A stretch of 64,000 nucleotides of DNA from Callorhinchus milii (Eukaryota): assembly GCF_018977255.1 (NCBI RefSeq), contig NW_024704743.1:79734001-79798000 (forward strand), read 5' to 3'. The stretch's first letter is position 1; each line of letters starts with the position of its first letter. The notes under the pieces were generated by a model, which saw nothing but the letters and a program-made list of their open reading frames with translations, was not told the DNA's origin and made no database searches. The translations under genes and the position numbers were made by a program. Shown here in pieces: positions 12,754 to 25,220 of the stretch.

Positions 12754-12858
12754 CAATAGAGCCTATTATAACATGGTGGTTGGTGATCCATAAAATCCCA
12801 ACCAGTGTTATAACAAAACCTGTGTTACAATAAAGTGTACTATAACAGAGCTCTACTC
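12754..12858. mobile_element. Short pogo/Tigger-type MITE remnant
   Basis: The ends CAATAGAGCCTATTATAAC / CTATAACAGAGCTCTACTC are imperfect inverted repeats, with internal GTTATAAC motifs. Confidence 0.45.
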
Positions 12859-13689
12859 TAATTTGGAAGCTGATTTTTCTCAGTTATTAAAATGAAACAG
12901 CCTGAAGCAGGCTGAATTGAAGATTTTTCCACAATGCTGTGTGATCTTACATTTTAAGAGAAAATGGTTTTACAGGGTAGGACTAGGTGAAACTGCGGCT
13001 CTACAAAGAGATGCTGTTCATCAATGCACAAGGAAAACAAAACAAAGATAAATCCCAGGAAGTCTTTGAAGGAAGCATTGGACTTTGGATCTACTTTGAT
13101 TTTATGAGTATCGTATCCGTATAGGAACAGTTGGCCAATATACATTCTCACAACAAACCATCAGAGTACAAGTGTAGCTTAATATTATTGTGCTACCATA
13201 GATATGGATTCCAGGAAACTAGACCCATATGCTGCCATTAATAGAGGGAAGATTATGAACAATGAATAGAGGTATTATTCTTGTCATTTCATCTTTACTA
13301 TCTGTGTAAGTGTGTTTACGGCCTTATCAGCCAAAGCTGAAAATCATATTGGGTGCTGAGGCTTTGTGCTTCAGTCACTCTGATAAAGCGTGAGAAGGTT
13401 GTCCACATTGAAGTGTACTATGGAAAGATTTGCCCATGGTCCACAAATGATTCAGATCTTACTTTCTTACATTCAGTGCTTTGGGACGTCTTCCCGACGT
13501 GAAGAGTTCTTCATAAATGTAATTTTGTTGTTGTTGTTTCCTTTTTACAAAGTGCTATCCAGAACTTGGACTGTTCCTAACCTTTTTTTGCTCAGTATGA
13601 TTTTTAAAGCTTAAACTTTTCAAACGTTACACCATTCTGCAAATTTTAATTCTGGGCATTTTTACATTTTGTTTTAAGTCACCACTCTC

Positions 13690-13915
13690 ATTTGTAGGAC
13701 TGATGGTGTGGTGATTGACGTATCTGTGTGACATTCAGCACTCTGCAATTGAATGTCAACAAGACAGAAGCTATTTTGTTTGGTTCTTGCCGATGTCCAC
13801 GCATCTCTGATTCCGTCAGCCTCCCTGAAAGCTTGTTCATTCTGAACAACATGCTGCACAATCTCAGTAGTTCTATTTGACTATGAGCTGAGCTTCAAAG
13901 CCCATCAAGCCTCCG
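13690..13915 (+). mobile_element. Old L2 RT fragment
   Basis: Encodes LQLNVNKTEAILFGS, the same motif as in the 32.8-kb L2. Confidence 0.65.
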
Positions 13916-14329
13916 TTGTCTTGTCTGACCTCACTAATGTAAACTTCTTTCAAAATTCAAACCTAAATTCCAACTGGTCACCTCAACTCTTCCTTCTCTG
14001 GATATTCTCCCTCAAAATATAGTCACATCATTTTACAGTATATGAAGCACTTCTTGTTATATGTTTAAGGTCACTAGTGTCAACAATCAAGGGATGATCA
14101 ATGCCCCCCACACACACAGTGTGAGGAAGCATGTCACATTCACCTTCAATCTCTGCAGCTCACTATGATCAGAACAAGAATTCTACCTTAAAATAGTTCA
14201 GGTGCATAGAGGTTGATGTCTCTCATGTGTATCCCTTGACAGATGAAGGAGGAATGGTACTGACAGAACCTGTAGAAAGGTGCCTGGGAGATTGATTTGC
14301 CATTCTCCTTCCCAAGTGTGGACATTTTA

Positions 14330-14748
14330 GGTGTCAGCATGGCTCAATCAAGATTGCATTGTGTCTTCGGGTCAGAATGTTGTGGGTTCAAGCCCCATAT
14401 TGGACTTCGAGTTTGTAGGCTAGTCTGACACTTCAGTGCAGCTCTGGGGTATTTTGGAAGTGCCATCCTTTGAATGAGTCATTAAGACAAGGATTCAGGT
14501 GGACCGTAAAGATTCCATGGCATTATTTGAACAGTGAATGGCGTTTCTCCCGGTGTCCTGGCCAACAATCCCCCATGTTATGTTGGCCATTCACTTCATG
14601 GCTGTTTGTGGAATATTGCTGTGTGCAAATTGGCTCCCACGTTCACCTACAAAAAAAAGCACAATCACTAGACTGCACAGAAACTTTGTCAGATGCTTTG
14701 AGATGTTCACAACATTATAGCCACTTTATCAACCGCAAGGATTATTAT
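14330..14748 (+). mobile_element. Full-length Deu-domain SINE
   Basis: Head GGTGTCAGCATGGCTCA..GGTTCAAGCCCC, Deu core, tail CAAGGATTATTAT. Confidence 0.85.
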
Positions 14749-15284
14749 GATAATCGTGAGCATTTCTTCCCTACCTCCAGTAGGAGCTTATTTTTCTTCT
14801 AATAAGAACACGTTACCGTACTGCCTCAGGTCCTAACAGGACTGACATAGTTTATTACAGGTACTTCTTTGATAATCATCAGAGCTGTCCCATTACAATC
14901 AATCAGAATTTCTGACACTTGCCATATCCCCCCAAGATAAAGATAATGATTCGACGAACAGTACGCGAGCTCACCCGGCTCAATAGCTAATGGGCGGGCA
15001 TTTCAACAGGCAGTCCTCCAGGATTCAATCAAAACAAAAGCTATTTGCTCTGTCGTACCTTTTCTCTCTCTAATCTATTGACACAGTGTAACATCAGTGT
15101 TTCCCTTAAACAAAGGTCTCCAGAGCAAACATGCATCTTCCATACATCACTGCATATTTATTCAGTCATACAAAAAAATACTTTCTTTGTTCCGAGGTTT
15201 AGTAGCTGGTGGTTCTACACTTACTACACATTATGTGGTGGTCAGTGAATTGTCGCACATTAACTGAAAAATATATTGAAAAAT

Positions 15285-15420
15285 AATAATCTTTGAATTT
15301 GATATAATGCCTTTCACTCCAGGAAAATATCTCAAAACTCTTCACAGGATTCACTGTTAACTGCAGTGACTGAGCTTTTGTAGGCAAACATGGCAGCCAA
15401 TTTGTACACATCAACATCCC
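15285..15420 (-). mobile_element. SINE 3' fragment
   Basis: Reverse complement of the common SINE tail. Confidence 0.7.
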
Positions 15421-15450
15421 ATAATATAATAATATCCACATAATATCCAC

Positions 15451-15672
15451 ACTCCACATGCCTAATAATAATCTCTCAAGAAAAAAAGTAATAAATTGGT
15501 CACTTCAATCCATGACTGTTTATGAGACACTACTGTTCGTAATTTGGATGCCGCATTTCGCCCACAAATATACAGTCAATTCACTTTCCAGTATATTCTG
15601 TGAAGCGCTTTGAGACGTCTAGAAGACGTGAAAAGCTCTATATCAAATGCATGGATTATTATTATTATTATA
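15451..15672 (+). mobile_element. 5'-truncated (TTA)n SINE, intermediate form
   Basis: Combines the short-form junction ACTCCACATGCCTAATAATAATC with the long-form-like tail GAGACGTCTAGAAGACGTG. Confidence 0.8.
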
Positions 15673-16174
15673 ATAAACAGGATACCGGTTGAAGTCAGAA
15701 TGAGTATGTTTTGCAATCAAAAATACTTCTCTGTTAACCTAGAACCGAAGAAAGCATTGAAGGAACATTTGGATACTGATATGTGTCCAGGATCGAATAG
15801 TGGAGATGTACGTAAACATTCTGGAGTTTGTTTTTGATTACCATTGAGTATTATAATAATCTTTGCAGTTAATAAAATGCATTATCATGTCAAAATGTCA
15901 AAATGTCTCAAAGCTCTTCACAGAGCTTTTCTGTAAAGTGTAGTGACTCTGTATTTATACTCTTAGGCAGCAGCCAATTTGTCCACAGTAAAATTCCACA
16001 ATCAGCCATGATGTAAATAATAATACTTGCCTTTGATGTAGCACCTTATTACATCAAGACTTCCCAAAACGCTTCACAGATAATACTGTTAAGCCTAGTG
16101 ACTGTGTGTTTTGTGGGCAAAACAAGAGAGAGACGAAGAGAGAGACCGATTTAAAAAAAACAATTAGCATTCAT

Positions 16175-16545
16175 TCTCTAATCTTCTCTGGGATATGGCT
16201 CTGATTTTGTTCCCCAACCTCCTCCTGTACAATGCTCAAGTGATCATTATCCATCTGTGAGCCTTGGCACTGAGTGTTGGTAGGTCACATGACTGCAGGG
16301 GGCATCACAGCCAAGTCTGCCCTCTTCCCACTTGGCTGCCACACACCATCAGAACTGGGTGCTGAACAGAAACCAGGACCAAGAATTCGGCTGGCTCTGT
16401 CCTCTCTACCTCTGGGAAGGCGAGGGCTAATTTAGCCTCCCCTCACACAGCCCCAGCTGAGAGCAGAAACTCAGCACAGACCAGGATTTGAACCAAGGAG
16501 CTCATGATTCGTAAGCTATCGCTCTAACCATTACACTTCTGGGGC
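16175..16545 (-). mobile_element. Third, old tRNA-headed SINE family (family C)
   Basis: Minus-strand head CCCCAGAAGTGTAATGGTTAGAGCG..TTACGAA..GGTTCAAATCCTGGTCTGTGCTGAG with A/B boxes; the body is shared with the copies at 17115, 30595, 41000 and 62300. Confidence 0.6.
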
Positions 16546-16834
16546 TGTCCTTGTATCTTTCTAGGATTATATGGCTTTATAGAAATTGTGAAGGATAGGA
16601 GTAAGGATTACCATACAGAAGCTGCTTTTCTAAAAGGCTTACACAAAAAAATTCTTTCAGTCCTTCATGCACTGAGATATTTTGCAGTTTTTGAAGTACA
16701 TGAATGTGCTTTATGCCACCATTAGCTTTAATAAATCAATAAAGATGAAATCAAATTTGAAGGAATATGCTGAACAAGAGATAAAGCTGTTCCTATTGTT
16801 CTATGGGTGATGTGCTTGTCCTGGTGTGATTATG

Positions 16835-17050
16835 AGACATTGGGAGTTTCTCCCAGTGTCAAATCCTCCAAATAAAATGGGTTACTGACTGGTTGTGGAA
16901 TTGCTGTGATCAAGTTGACTGCTGCTTTCACCCACAAAATGCACAGTTACATTCATTTACAGTATATCATGTGAAGTGCTTTGAGACACCTCAATGACAT
17001 GATAAGATGTTATATCAAACACAAGAATTATTATTAATATTATTATTAAT
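16835..17050 (+). mobile_element. Deu-SINE 3' half, followed by an L2 tail (to about 17110)
   Basis: GGGAGTTTCTCCCAGTGTC..(TTA)n, then GTGAAAGCTGCTATACAAATGTAAATTTGTTGTTG. Confidence 0.65.
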
Positions 17051-17114
17051 GTTGAGTCTTGGGATGTACTCTCAATGTGAAAGCTGCTATACAAATGTAA
17101 ATTTGTTGTTGAGG

Positions 17115-17500
17115 GTCAGAAAGGTCACAGGATCAATCTGTGGTGTGTGCTCAGTTAGTTGGTCTCAGTTTAAGCAGCAATCGAGGACATTAAAAGTGGT
17201 TTCAAATGCGCTCAAATCATGTAAGAAAAACAGTCAGGATTCTGCAACTGCATATTATTCAGTAACACCACACCTCCCTCCTCCCTGGAAAATACATATG
17301 TGCATGGAAACCAGGAGAGGACAGGTTTGGGCTCTGATGCCTCGTGACAAGATCAAGTAACCAAGTTGACATTCAGCTTGGTTCTGCTGAATGCCTCAGC
17401 TCACAGTGTAGACTGGTCACTTGGACGGGACAGCAGGCAGCAGCTGGCATCTGTGGAACCTGTGCTCCAGCACAAGTCATCATCTTCAGAAGAACGGTGA
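17115..17500 (+). mobile_element. SINE family C copy
   Basis: GTGTGCTCAGTTAGTTGGTCTCAG..GGAGAGGACAGGTTTGGGCTCTGATGCC is homologous to 16175-16545. Confidence 0.55.
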
Positions 17501-18215
17501 AAGTTGGCAAAATGTTTGCACAAGAATTACTCTCCCAGACACTGTTTCATTCTGTTATTGAAGTTTGCCTGCAAATAATGAAGCGAGTTTGATGATGTGT
17601 AATTCACCCCACAACCCCGTCCAGATCTATCAGTTCGTTTGAATGAATTAAAAAGTCACCTGCTTCTCCACGTCTTGGTTACAGATAAATGCAGCTCTAT
17701 TGATCCCAGTGGGCCTGTAAATGGCTTTATTGTTCTTTTTCTCATAGAGTCTCACCCTTAGCAATGGCCTGACCTTAGCAGCTAAAATCTGTATTCCGTC
17801 AAGGTTCACACATGATGGGTGAGACTCACACATCGTATGTCCCTTTCACGCTCTCAGATACAAATTTCGTAAATGGCATATTGAAGTATTGCCACACCAA
17901 GCATGGTTTCCACTTTTATTCAAAGAAAGGCTGAGCTATGCAGCAGAGCGGCACCAATAACCCACAGTGCTGCTGACCCCATAGCTGAAACAGCACCTCC
18001 CTCATCACACATTGTACTGACCTAATCCTGACACCTCCAGCACCAAATAGGTTTGGAAATAGCTAGGCTAGTGTTAGAATAACTCTACCTGCACCCTACT
18101 CTGTGAAACCATCGCTCTACCAGGTCAAGAATACTAACAATAATCCTTGCATTTTATATAGTCCCTTCTATGTGGGACTGGGTGATTCAGGCACAGACAG
18201 AGGTCAGCTGAGTGC

Positions 18216-18443
18216 TAGGAACATAGGAACAGGAGTAGGCCATTCAGCTCCTCAAGCCTGTTCTGCCATTCCATTAGATCATGGCTGATCTATACCTCAA
18301 CTCCAATTCCCTGCCCTTGCCCCAGATCTCTTGATACCCCAACAAAAATCTATCCACCTCAGTCTTGAAATTTTGAATGGATCCAGCATCCACAGCCTTT
18401 TGGGGGAGAGAGTTCCAGATTTCTACTAACCTTTTGTGTGAAA
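18216..18443 (-). mobile_element. CR1 3' end with terminal 8-mer repeat
   Basis: TAGGAACATAGGAACAGGAGTAGGCCATTCAGC..GATCATGGCTGATC is the reverse complement of the 3' UTR at 5.7 kb. Confidence 0.88.
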
Positions 18444-18804
18444 CGTTGCATTGTGTGTGCATGTATGTGTTTATGCGTGTGTATAGTTATCACCTGGGCC
18501 AATAGAAAAGTGCAGAAATATTTGTCCAAAATTGCGGGGAGATTTGCAGAAGTTGTGGGGGTTTTTGACAAGTCTTCCAGAAAATGTCAGGGAGTTGATT
18601 GATGCTATCGAGGTACATTTTACTGCCAACCTACATTTTTTCACTTTATCGATAAAAACTAAACATGAGGAAATAACACATATTTGGTTGTTGAAAAAAA
18701 AACATGAATTACGTTTTTAACAAAAGCTGGGTGGCCTTTTTGGGGGGGAAGGGGGAGAAGAACAGGGGACACACCTGGGAGGCTACAGGAGCTCTCAGGG
18801 CCCA

Positions 18805-19232
18805 GCACCACACACAGACCCAGAGAGAGACAGACACACACAACACACCCTCAGAGATACAGAGAGATACACACACACACTCACAGAGACACACTCAGAA
18901 ACATAGACACCCTCAGAGACACAGAGAGACATGCACACTCAGAGAGAGACACTCACAAACACAGAGAGATATACACAAACCCACAGAGGAGAGGGAGACA
19001 GACACTAACAAACAGAGAGAGACACACACACAGACAGACATTCACAGAGAGAGAGACACACACAGACACCCCCCTACCCCCACACGCATATACAGACAAT
19101 CATACATACTCTCACATTCTCAAGCACACACAGATGATCATGCACACCCACATTCTCAAACACACACACAATTTCTCACACACACAGAGACACACAGACA
19201 ATCATACACACTCTCACACACAGACAATCACA
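18805..19232. repeat. Compound (CA)n/(GA)n microsatellite tract
   Basis: About 430 bp of interleaved CA and GA dinucleotide runs. Confidence 0.95.
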
Positions 19233-19235
19233 ACA

Positions 19236-19451
19236 GCGGGGTCACCGAGTGAAGCCCATTTGCAGCTTGCCCCACACGGCGCATGTGTGTCTGGAGCCGC
19301 TCGTCCACAGTGACGTTAGTAAAATGGCCGGGAGGCCCTCGGGCCGGAAACTACATTCATAGCAGGTTTGTAATAGACGGGTGTGTTTGTGGCGGATTCC
19401 GCAGAGGGCAGTGTGGGTGTAGCTAGCACATAGGCTTCACTTCAGGTAATA
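19236..19451. promoter_or_regulatory. Candidate small CpG-rich promoter / first exon
   Basis: About 13 CpGs in 19236-19401 against a CpG-poor background. Motifs: GCGCATGTG (NRF1-like), TGACGT (CRE-like), AAAATGGCCG (YY1-like), CCGGAAA (ETS), ACTACA (ZNF143-associated). Donor-like CAG|GTAATA at 19445/19446. Confidence 0.5.
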
Positions 19452-19889
19452 GTCCCTCACTGTCTCACTGCCAACTTCTGTCTGTGTGGGTTATGCACTT
19501 AATTAGCTTCACAAACCCCTGGACAAGAGGGGCTGAAGAGCTCTGGGCTTCAAATTGGGCTCTGCGGGGGTGGAAGGAGACGGAATAATTACTCCGCCCT
19601 CAGATGTGAAGAGTAGCTGTCGGAGTGTCGTTTGGGTCCACATAAGAATCCTCTCATTTTGTGCTCCTGTGCAGATCCAGTAGCAACTTAGAATTTGCAA
19701 GCCACTTTCATGAGAGGGTCAATAAACCTTTTTCAGTGTTTTCTGCTCTGGTCGGTAATGGATCCTTCACTTAGGGAGCTGATACCTGGGGCCATAGTTA
19801 TTATTCGTTTTAAGACTAGTTTTTTTTAATACACATAAAATTGCTATGGTAGTTTTTTTAAGTGGTTCAATGGGCTGTATATATATACT

Positions 19890-21000
19890 AATAATAAACG
19901 TTCCTTATATTTGATGTAGCATCTAATAGCATCTCAAAGCATTTCACAAGTAATTGATGTCTAGTGCAGTGACTACATTTAACTGTAGAATTATTGGCCA
20001 GAGCTACTTTCCTCATTTCAAAGAATGTCCTGGGATCTTTAATATCCACCTGAACAGGAAGACAGGACCTTAGTTTAACACCTCATCTTAAGGCCAGTGC
20101 TCCCGACATTACAGCACCCCCCAAATACTGCATAAAAGCCAAATCTATTTTCCCAATTCCACTCTTGATTCCAGGTACACTGATGCTCTGTTCCTTGCCT
20201 ATCAGACATCAAGGCCTAGATGAATTCCAATTTTCTAAAACCAAACATGGGCAAGAAGAAAGCTAGCTGTGACGGACTATTACCTGAAGTGAAGTCTCCT
20301 TTGCTCCTGCTAATGTCTCTCTCCTCAATTCTGATAATGACATTTTCAACCTCCTCAGTCTCTCTCTCAAACTTGCCAGACCAGTGCGCAACCTTGGAAA
20401 CTGGGTTCAAACTGAGTTCAATCCTCAACTCACCTTTTTCCATCACATTTCTGATAAAGACAGCTTTTCTTCACCTTCCACCCTTATCTCACACCAAATT
20501 TCACCAAAATCCTTATCCGCCCCTTTGTTACCTTCTGACTGGACTTTACAATTTCATTCTTTGCTGGTCTTCTGAGCTCTACCATCCAAAAATTCCACAT
20601 CTCCTCTCCTCAAATCCAGCATGCCTATTACCCCAGATCTTATCATTGCTCCCTGGCTCCTGATGGATCTATTTTAAGGTCTTTATCTTTACCTGCAAAA
20701 CTCTTCACAACCGAAAACCTCTTTATCTCTCTCATTTCTTCCTACTCCAATCCTACTCGACTTCAAGTCACACCTCAAAACTTACCTCTTCTACCCGCCT
20801 ATGATCACGTCCCCCTCATCCCCCTCCTCTGTTTGGTGTCAAGTCCAGTCACTGTAAAGTGTTCCAAGATTTTATCTGGGACGATATATAAAATCAAGTT
20901 GTTGTTGTAAAACGTCTGCTTACACTATAAAGTCAAGTCACGACTTGACCCTCAACCTTCTGATTCAAAGCGAGAGTGTCAGTAACTGAGCCAAGCAAAC
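19890..21000 (-). mobile_element. Deu-SINE split by an L2 insertion
   Basis: The tail and Deu core at about 19890-20135 and the tRNA head at about 20915-21000 flank a plus-strand L2. Confidence 0.65.
20140..20888 (+). mobile_element. Old L2 3' portion
   Basis: WMNSNFLKPNMGK..CATL(G)..IKTAFLHL motifs, ending in AATCAAGTTGTTGTTG. Confidence 0.75.
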
Positions 21001-21499
21001 ATTTAGTGAGAATTTCTGTGAATGATCATTGGCTTGTCTTTATAGTGAAATTAACAAAATCTATGAATAATTCTTCATGCTTATCATTCTTCGAATTAAA
21101 TGCATATTATTAAGCAATGGGTATTGAATTATTTTAGGGCATTATTCAAATACTGTCTTTACATATAATATATCTAGGATACTAATAGGGCAATAATGCA
21201 CATTTACAGTACAGACAATTCTCCAGATCATTCATCTATGGAAAGTGACTCCTTGATCCCTCTATATGACAAGGCTTAGGATGTCTCGTCTCAGCTCCAG
21301 GGCCTCCTAACAGAAGCATGAAAAGCAATGCTGCACTGCTGGCAGCTGTCACTTGGGAAAATTGAGTAGACTTGCCCGGTTTATTGGTAGAGATTATGAT
21401 AATCACAAAACAATGGCCCCGAGACATTCTTAGTAATTGATACTGTGTCGCATATTGTGAGAACTAGCACAACACAGTGGAGGGCAGTAAGGGTAGTCT

Positions 21500-21720
21500 C
21501 CAGTCAGACTTGGGATTTGTAGAGATTTGTAGAATTACTGAGAAAAATATTAATAAAGATTGGTTAAAAAACGGGACACGGAACAGCAGCTGTAAATGGA
21601 AAGCAGTGGTAACAGAGATTGGTGGGACGAGAAAGAAGTTGTCAAAGAGAAATGCAACAGCAGAGAGCAATGGAGTGAAGGAAATAACAATACAACAGAG
21701 GAGGGCAATAAATGTCACCC
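21500..21720 (-). mobile_element. Possible very old Penelope-like 3' remnant
   Basis: The pyrimidine-rich minus strand ends TCCCAAGTCTGAC, resembling the CCCCAGTTCTGAC entry into the 33.3-kb palindrome. Weak match. Confidence 0.25.
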
Positions 21721-23014
21721 ACAGAAGCCTCCCTCCATGGCCTTAATGTGTCAGAAACTTTTCCAGTCTGCCTTCTATCCTGCCAGGTGGTAGGACGCCT
21801 TGGAGATTGTCCGGTAACGTTTTAAATGTGCTCCACTAGCAATGGAAATGCAGAGTACTCTCCCCAATCAACTCTCAAAACTCTGTGTTAGGCTTTTGTT
21901 AGGCTGGCAATTTCACTCAGAGGGGCCAACAAGGATATTGTTGAAGGTGACGTCTTTTGGCTGAGAGGTTAAACCAAGGTCCCTGTTCAGGTAGGCATTA
22001 AATCCTGCGGCAATATTCGAAACATTTGTCTAAAAAATACACAATAACTGCCCTTAATAGAAAAACTTTGTGGAATGCTTTGAGACGTTTTGACATGATA
22101 GGCGCTACATCAAATGTAAGGACATTTTTGCTATTAAAATTATATTACATCTGAATTAACCAATACAACTGGTCAGTTGCAATATAAAGAGTAATAATAG
22201 ATTATGCCTATAAAAGGTTTAAGTCGCTGTGCATTTCATGCTGCACAGCAATCTAGGAAATGATAAAACTGAACCCTATCAGTCTGAAGTCAAGATTCCA
22301 TACACTGAGGAAGTGGTTAATTTTTTTTACTGCAAAGCAGACTTCAGCCTTACCTTTACATCAAAAAAACAGGATGCGGTGAAATACCTGCATGATAGGT
22401 TTATTTGTGAAAACGAACCCAAGTCTTTTAAGGCCTAGCTGACTTCCTGAAATAAAGACGCTATTTAATATTGCAGAAACCTATGTCCTCAAACTAAGTT
22501 TGAATTGCTCAGTTTGTAGGACTTTCACCTCTAGGTCAAGGGGTTGTGGCTTCAAGCCTTAATCTAAGACTTGAGGTCTTAATCTAAGATAACACTTTTG
22601 TACATGGGTTGGTGGGCTGCAAATAGAGCTGACAAGAATGACCCACAGACACTTTAAGCGCGGGAAACGGTGGGTTCAGAACCGTGAGATCATGGACGCA
22701 CTGCGAGATGAAACAATAAATAAAAACCTTGTTGGGACTTTATAGAGCCCATGACAGTAAACAATGCCTGAACTCGGCAAGAATTAGTGTACGCTGGTCA
22801 ATCACATCTCTCTTCAATGATAGCAAAGTCCAAACAGGCTAAACTTTTGGCCTAAAAGATGTGTGTCCAAACAGTTCTCCTTCATGCTTCTGAGCTCCTG
22901 GCATACAGTGGATTTTTTTCGCTCCTGTTGGACCTCTAGACCTGTTGTTTAGCACCCTGGAGGCAGAGTCAGCTTTAAGGTGTCTCATCTATTTGCAAAG
23001 AAACCTTACAGTTG

Positions 23015-23310
23015 CTGTAGCCCCTTTCACATCAGAAGCTGTCTGAAAGGGCTTTACAGGACTTACTGTGTAGTGCAGTGACTGGGTATTTTGTAGGCAA
23101 ACGTGGCAGCTAATTTGCACACTACAAAACCCCACAAAAAGCCATGAAAAGAATGACCAGTTTCATTTGTTGGCCAGGATACTGAGAGAACCCCCTTTTA
23201 TTTTCAAACAGTGCCACGGGATCTTTAACGTCCACCTGAGCAGGCAGACGGGACATTGGGTAAATGTCTCATCTGAAGAACGGCACCTCCAACAATCCAA
23301 CACTTCCTGT
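23015..23310 (-). mobile_element. Deu-domain SINE fragment
   Basis: CAGTGCCACGGGATCTTTAACGTCCACCTGAGCAGGCAGACGGG is the reverse complement of the Deu core. Confidence 0.8.
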
Positions 23311-24892
23311 GATGATCGATAATCAAATTAAGAACTTCCAGCAGGGTATCTGGCACCCCTGGCTTTTGAATTCAGCTGGAAAAGGCAGTCAAAGCCTGAA
23401 TTGATCTGAACCAGGCATAAGCGAACAAGGCAACATCCAAACAAACCCAGCTCAGATTCAGAAACACAAACATCACAGCTCTTTCCCAATTCCTGTTGTT
23501 ATAGCCTTTGAAGCATTCAACATCAGCTATCGCAGCCCAACAGTGTACTGTTGATGAAGCAGCCATACATTATTCAATAGCTAATCCGGTTTTAAGAGAT
23601 TTGTAATAATGTGCAGGCTCAGCACCAAAGTTAAATGCATTTGTGTCATTTCAAATTGCTTTGCTTGTGGGTTTGACCCACGCACAGCCAGCGGTTCCAA
23701 TTTGTTTAACAAGTGCTGTGGATATACTTTGTGATGTTTTGATCTCGGGTTTTCAAGAAGGCGGGCTGACATTAAGGTTGAAAAAAGCGCTTCTCAGGAA
23801 AGGGGAATCATTAGTGGTGACTCACCGCTTTAGAAAGTGACTCACAACATAAATACTATCTCCACCAGGGAACCCCATGTGTATTACACCAACGTGCAAG
23901 ACCACAGCTTCGATCCAAGATCCTCAGAGCCGAGGTTTCGCACGTTTGTATGACGTAGATAGCTTTCCATGCATACAAGTGAATGTGTATTAAGCGTGGG
24001 TGGGAGAAAGGCCACGATACAGTCACAATGAAGCATTTCTCTCAATAATGTGCACTGGTATGCAAACACAAAGCTTGGACCGAATGGTCCGGTTGAAGGG
24101 TCAACAATTTTGGTAAGCTGCAAAAATGTGAAAAAGCTGGAAAGTGAAATCGACAGTGGTGGGAAGATGGCATTTTGCTCTCCACTTTTTTTTCTTGTAC
24201 TTTGACAAGTTTGGGAAACCTCAATCAGCTCTTACCAACCCTCTTGCGAATATCGCAAAAATACATCGCTACTGAGAACATTACGGTGCTAAAATATCAC
24301 ACTGTGGGCTCCAGAGCATATCTTAGTGATGAAAGACGGAAGTAACGTCTGTCACTTTAAATGCAATGCTTAACACTTATAACTGGAAATTTCATTTAGT
24401 ATCGCTTTTACTTGTGAATTTACTATAGCCACATATAGTAATTCAGTCAAAGTTCTGTGAACAGCAGGGCTGGGGGGTGGTGGTTCCAGTAGTACTGAGT
24501 TTTTAGTTTATATTGTATGAAATTGCTGAAGGGACAATCACTTATTAATTTACTGCTCTTTTCAGGGGTATTTATAACTGCAGAAAAGCAGTATTTGCCC
24601 CACTTCCCAATTGTGCTTTGTGCTACTCAACTTCAACCAAATCATTTTCAATATTTCACTCCCTCTTTTCCTTGAAGGCACTGACTGGCGTCGGGAAACA
24701 GAGCATGAGCCCTGGCAACCCTCAGCCACTTATTCTCAAATGCCCATTCTTTGCATGTAAGACCAAGACAGTGAGCAACTGCAAGCTGTTAACCACTGAA
24801 TGACACCCCAATGATGCCCTCAGCTGAAATTTATGTACGTTGCAGCGGGGGCATTGGATCAGAAACAGGAAAGCCAGAATGATTCTCATCTT

Positions 24893-25085
24893 AATAATAA
24901 ATAATAATCCTTGCATTTGATATAGGGCTTTTCAAGTCTTCTAGATGCCTCTATACAGAATATACTGTAAAGTGGATTGACTGTACATTTTTGGGCAAAA
25001 TACTGCAGCCAATTGCACACAGCAGTGTCCCACAAACAGTTGTGGATTGAAGTGACAAATTTATTATTGTTTTTTTTCTTGAGGG
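24893..25085 (-). mobile_element. (TTA)n SINE 3' half
   Basis: Reverse complement of the SINE body and tail. Confidence 0.85.
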
Positions 25086-25220
25086 TTTGAGGCTCTCTCA
25101 CTCTGGGATGCTGAGGCCAATTGGAACAGCCTCACCAATGATTTAGCTGATCTCAGCTAAAGCAGTACAGACTACAGCATATTGAGCATGGTATTTTCAT
25201 GAGAGGTATGAATTCTACAT

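Noticed and set aside
18704..19252. 182-aa His/Thr/Arg-rich ORF
   Set aside because: It is a translation of the CA/GA microsatellite.
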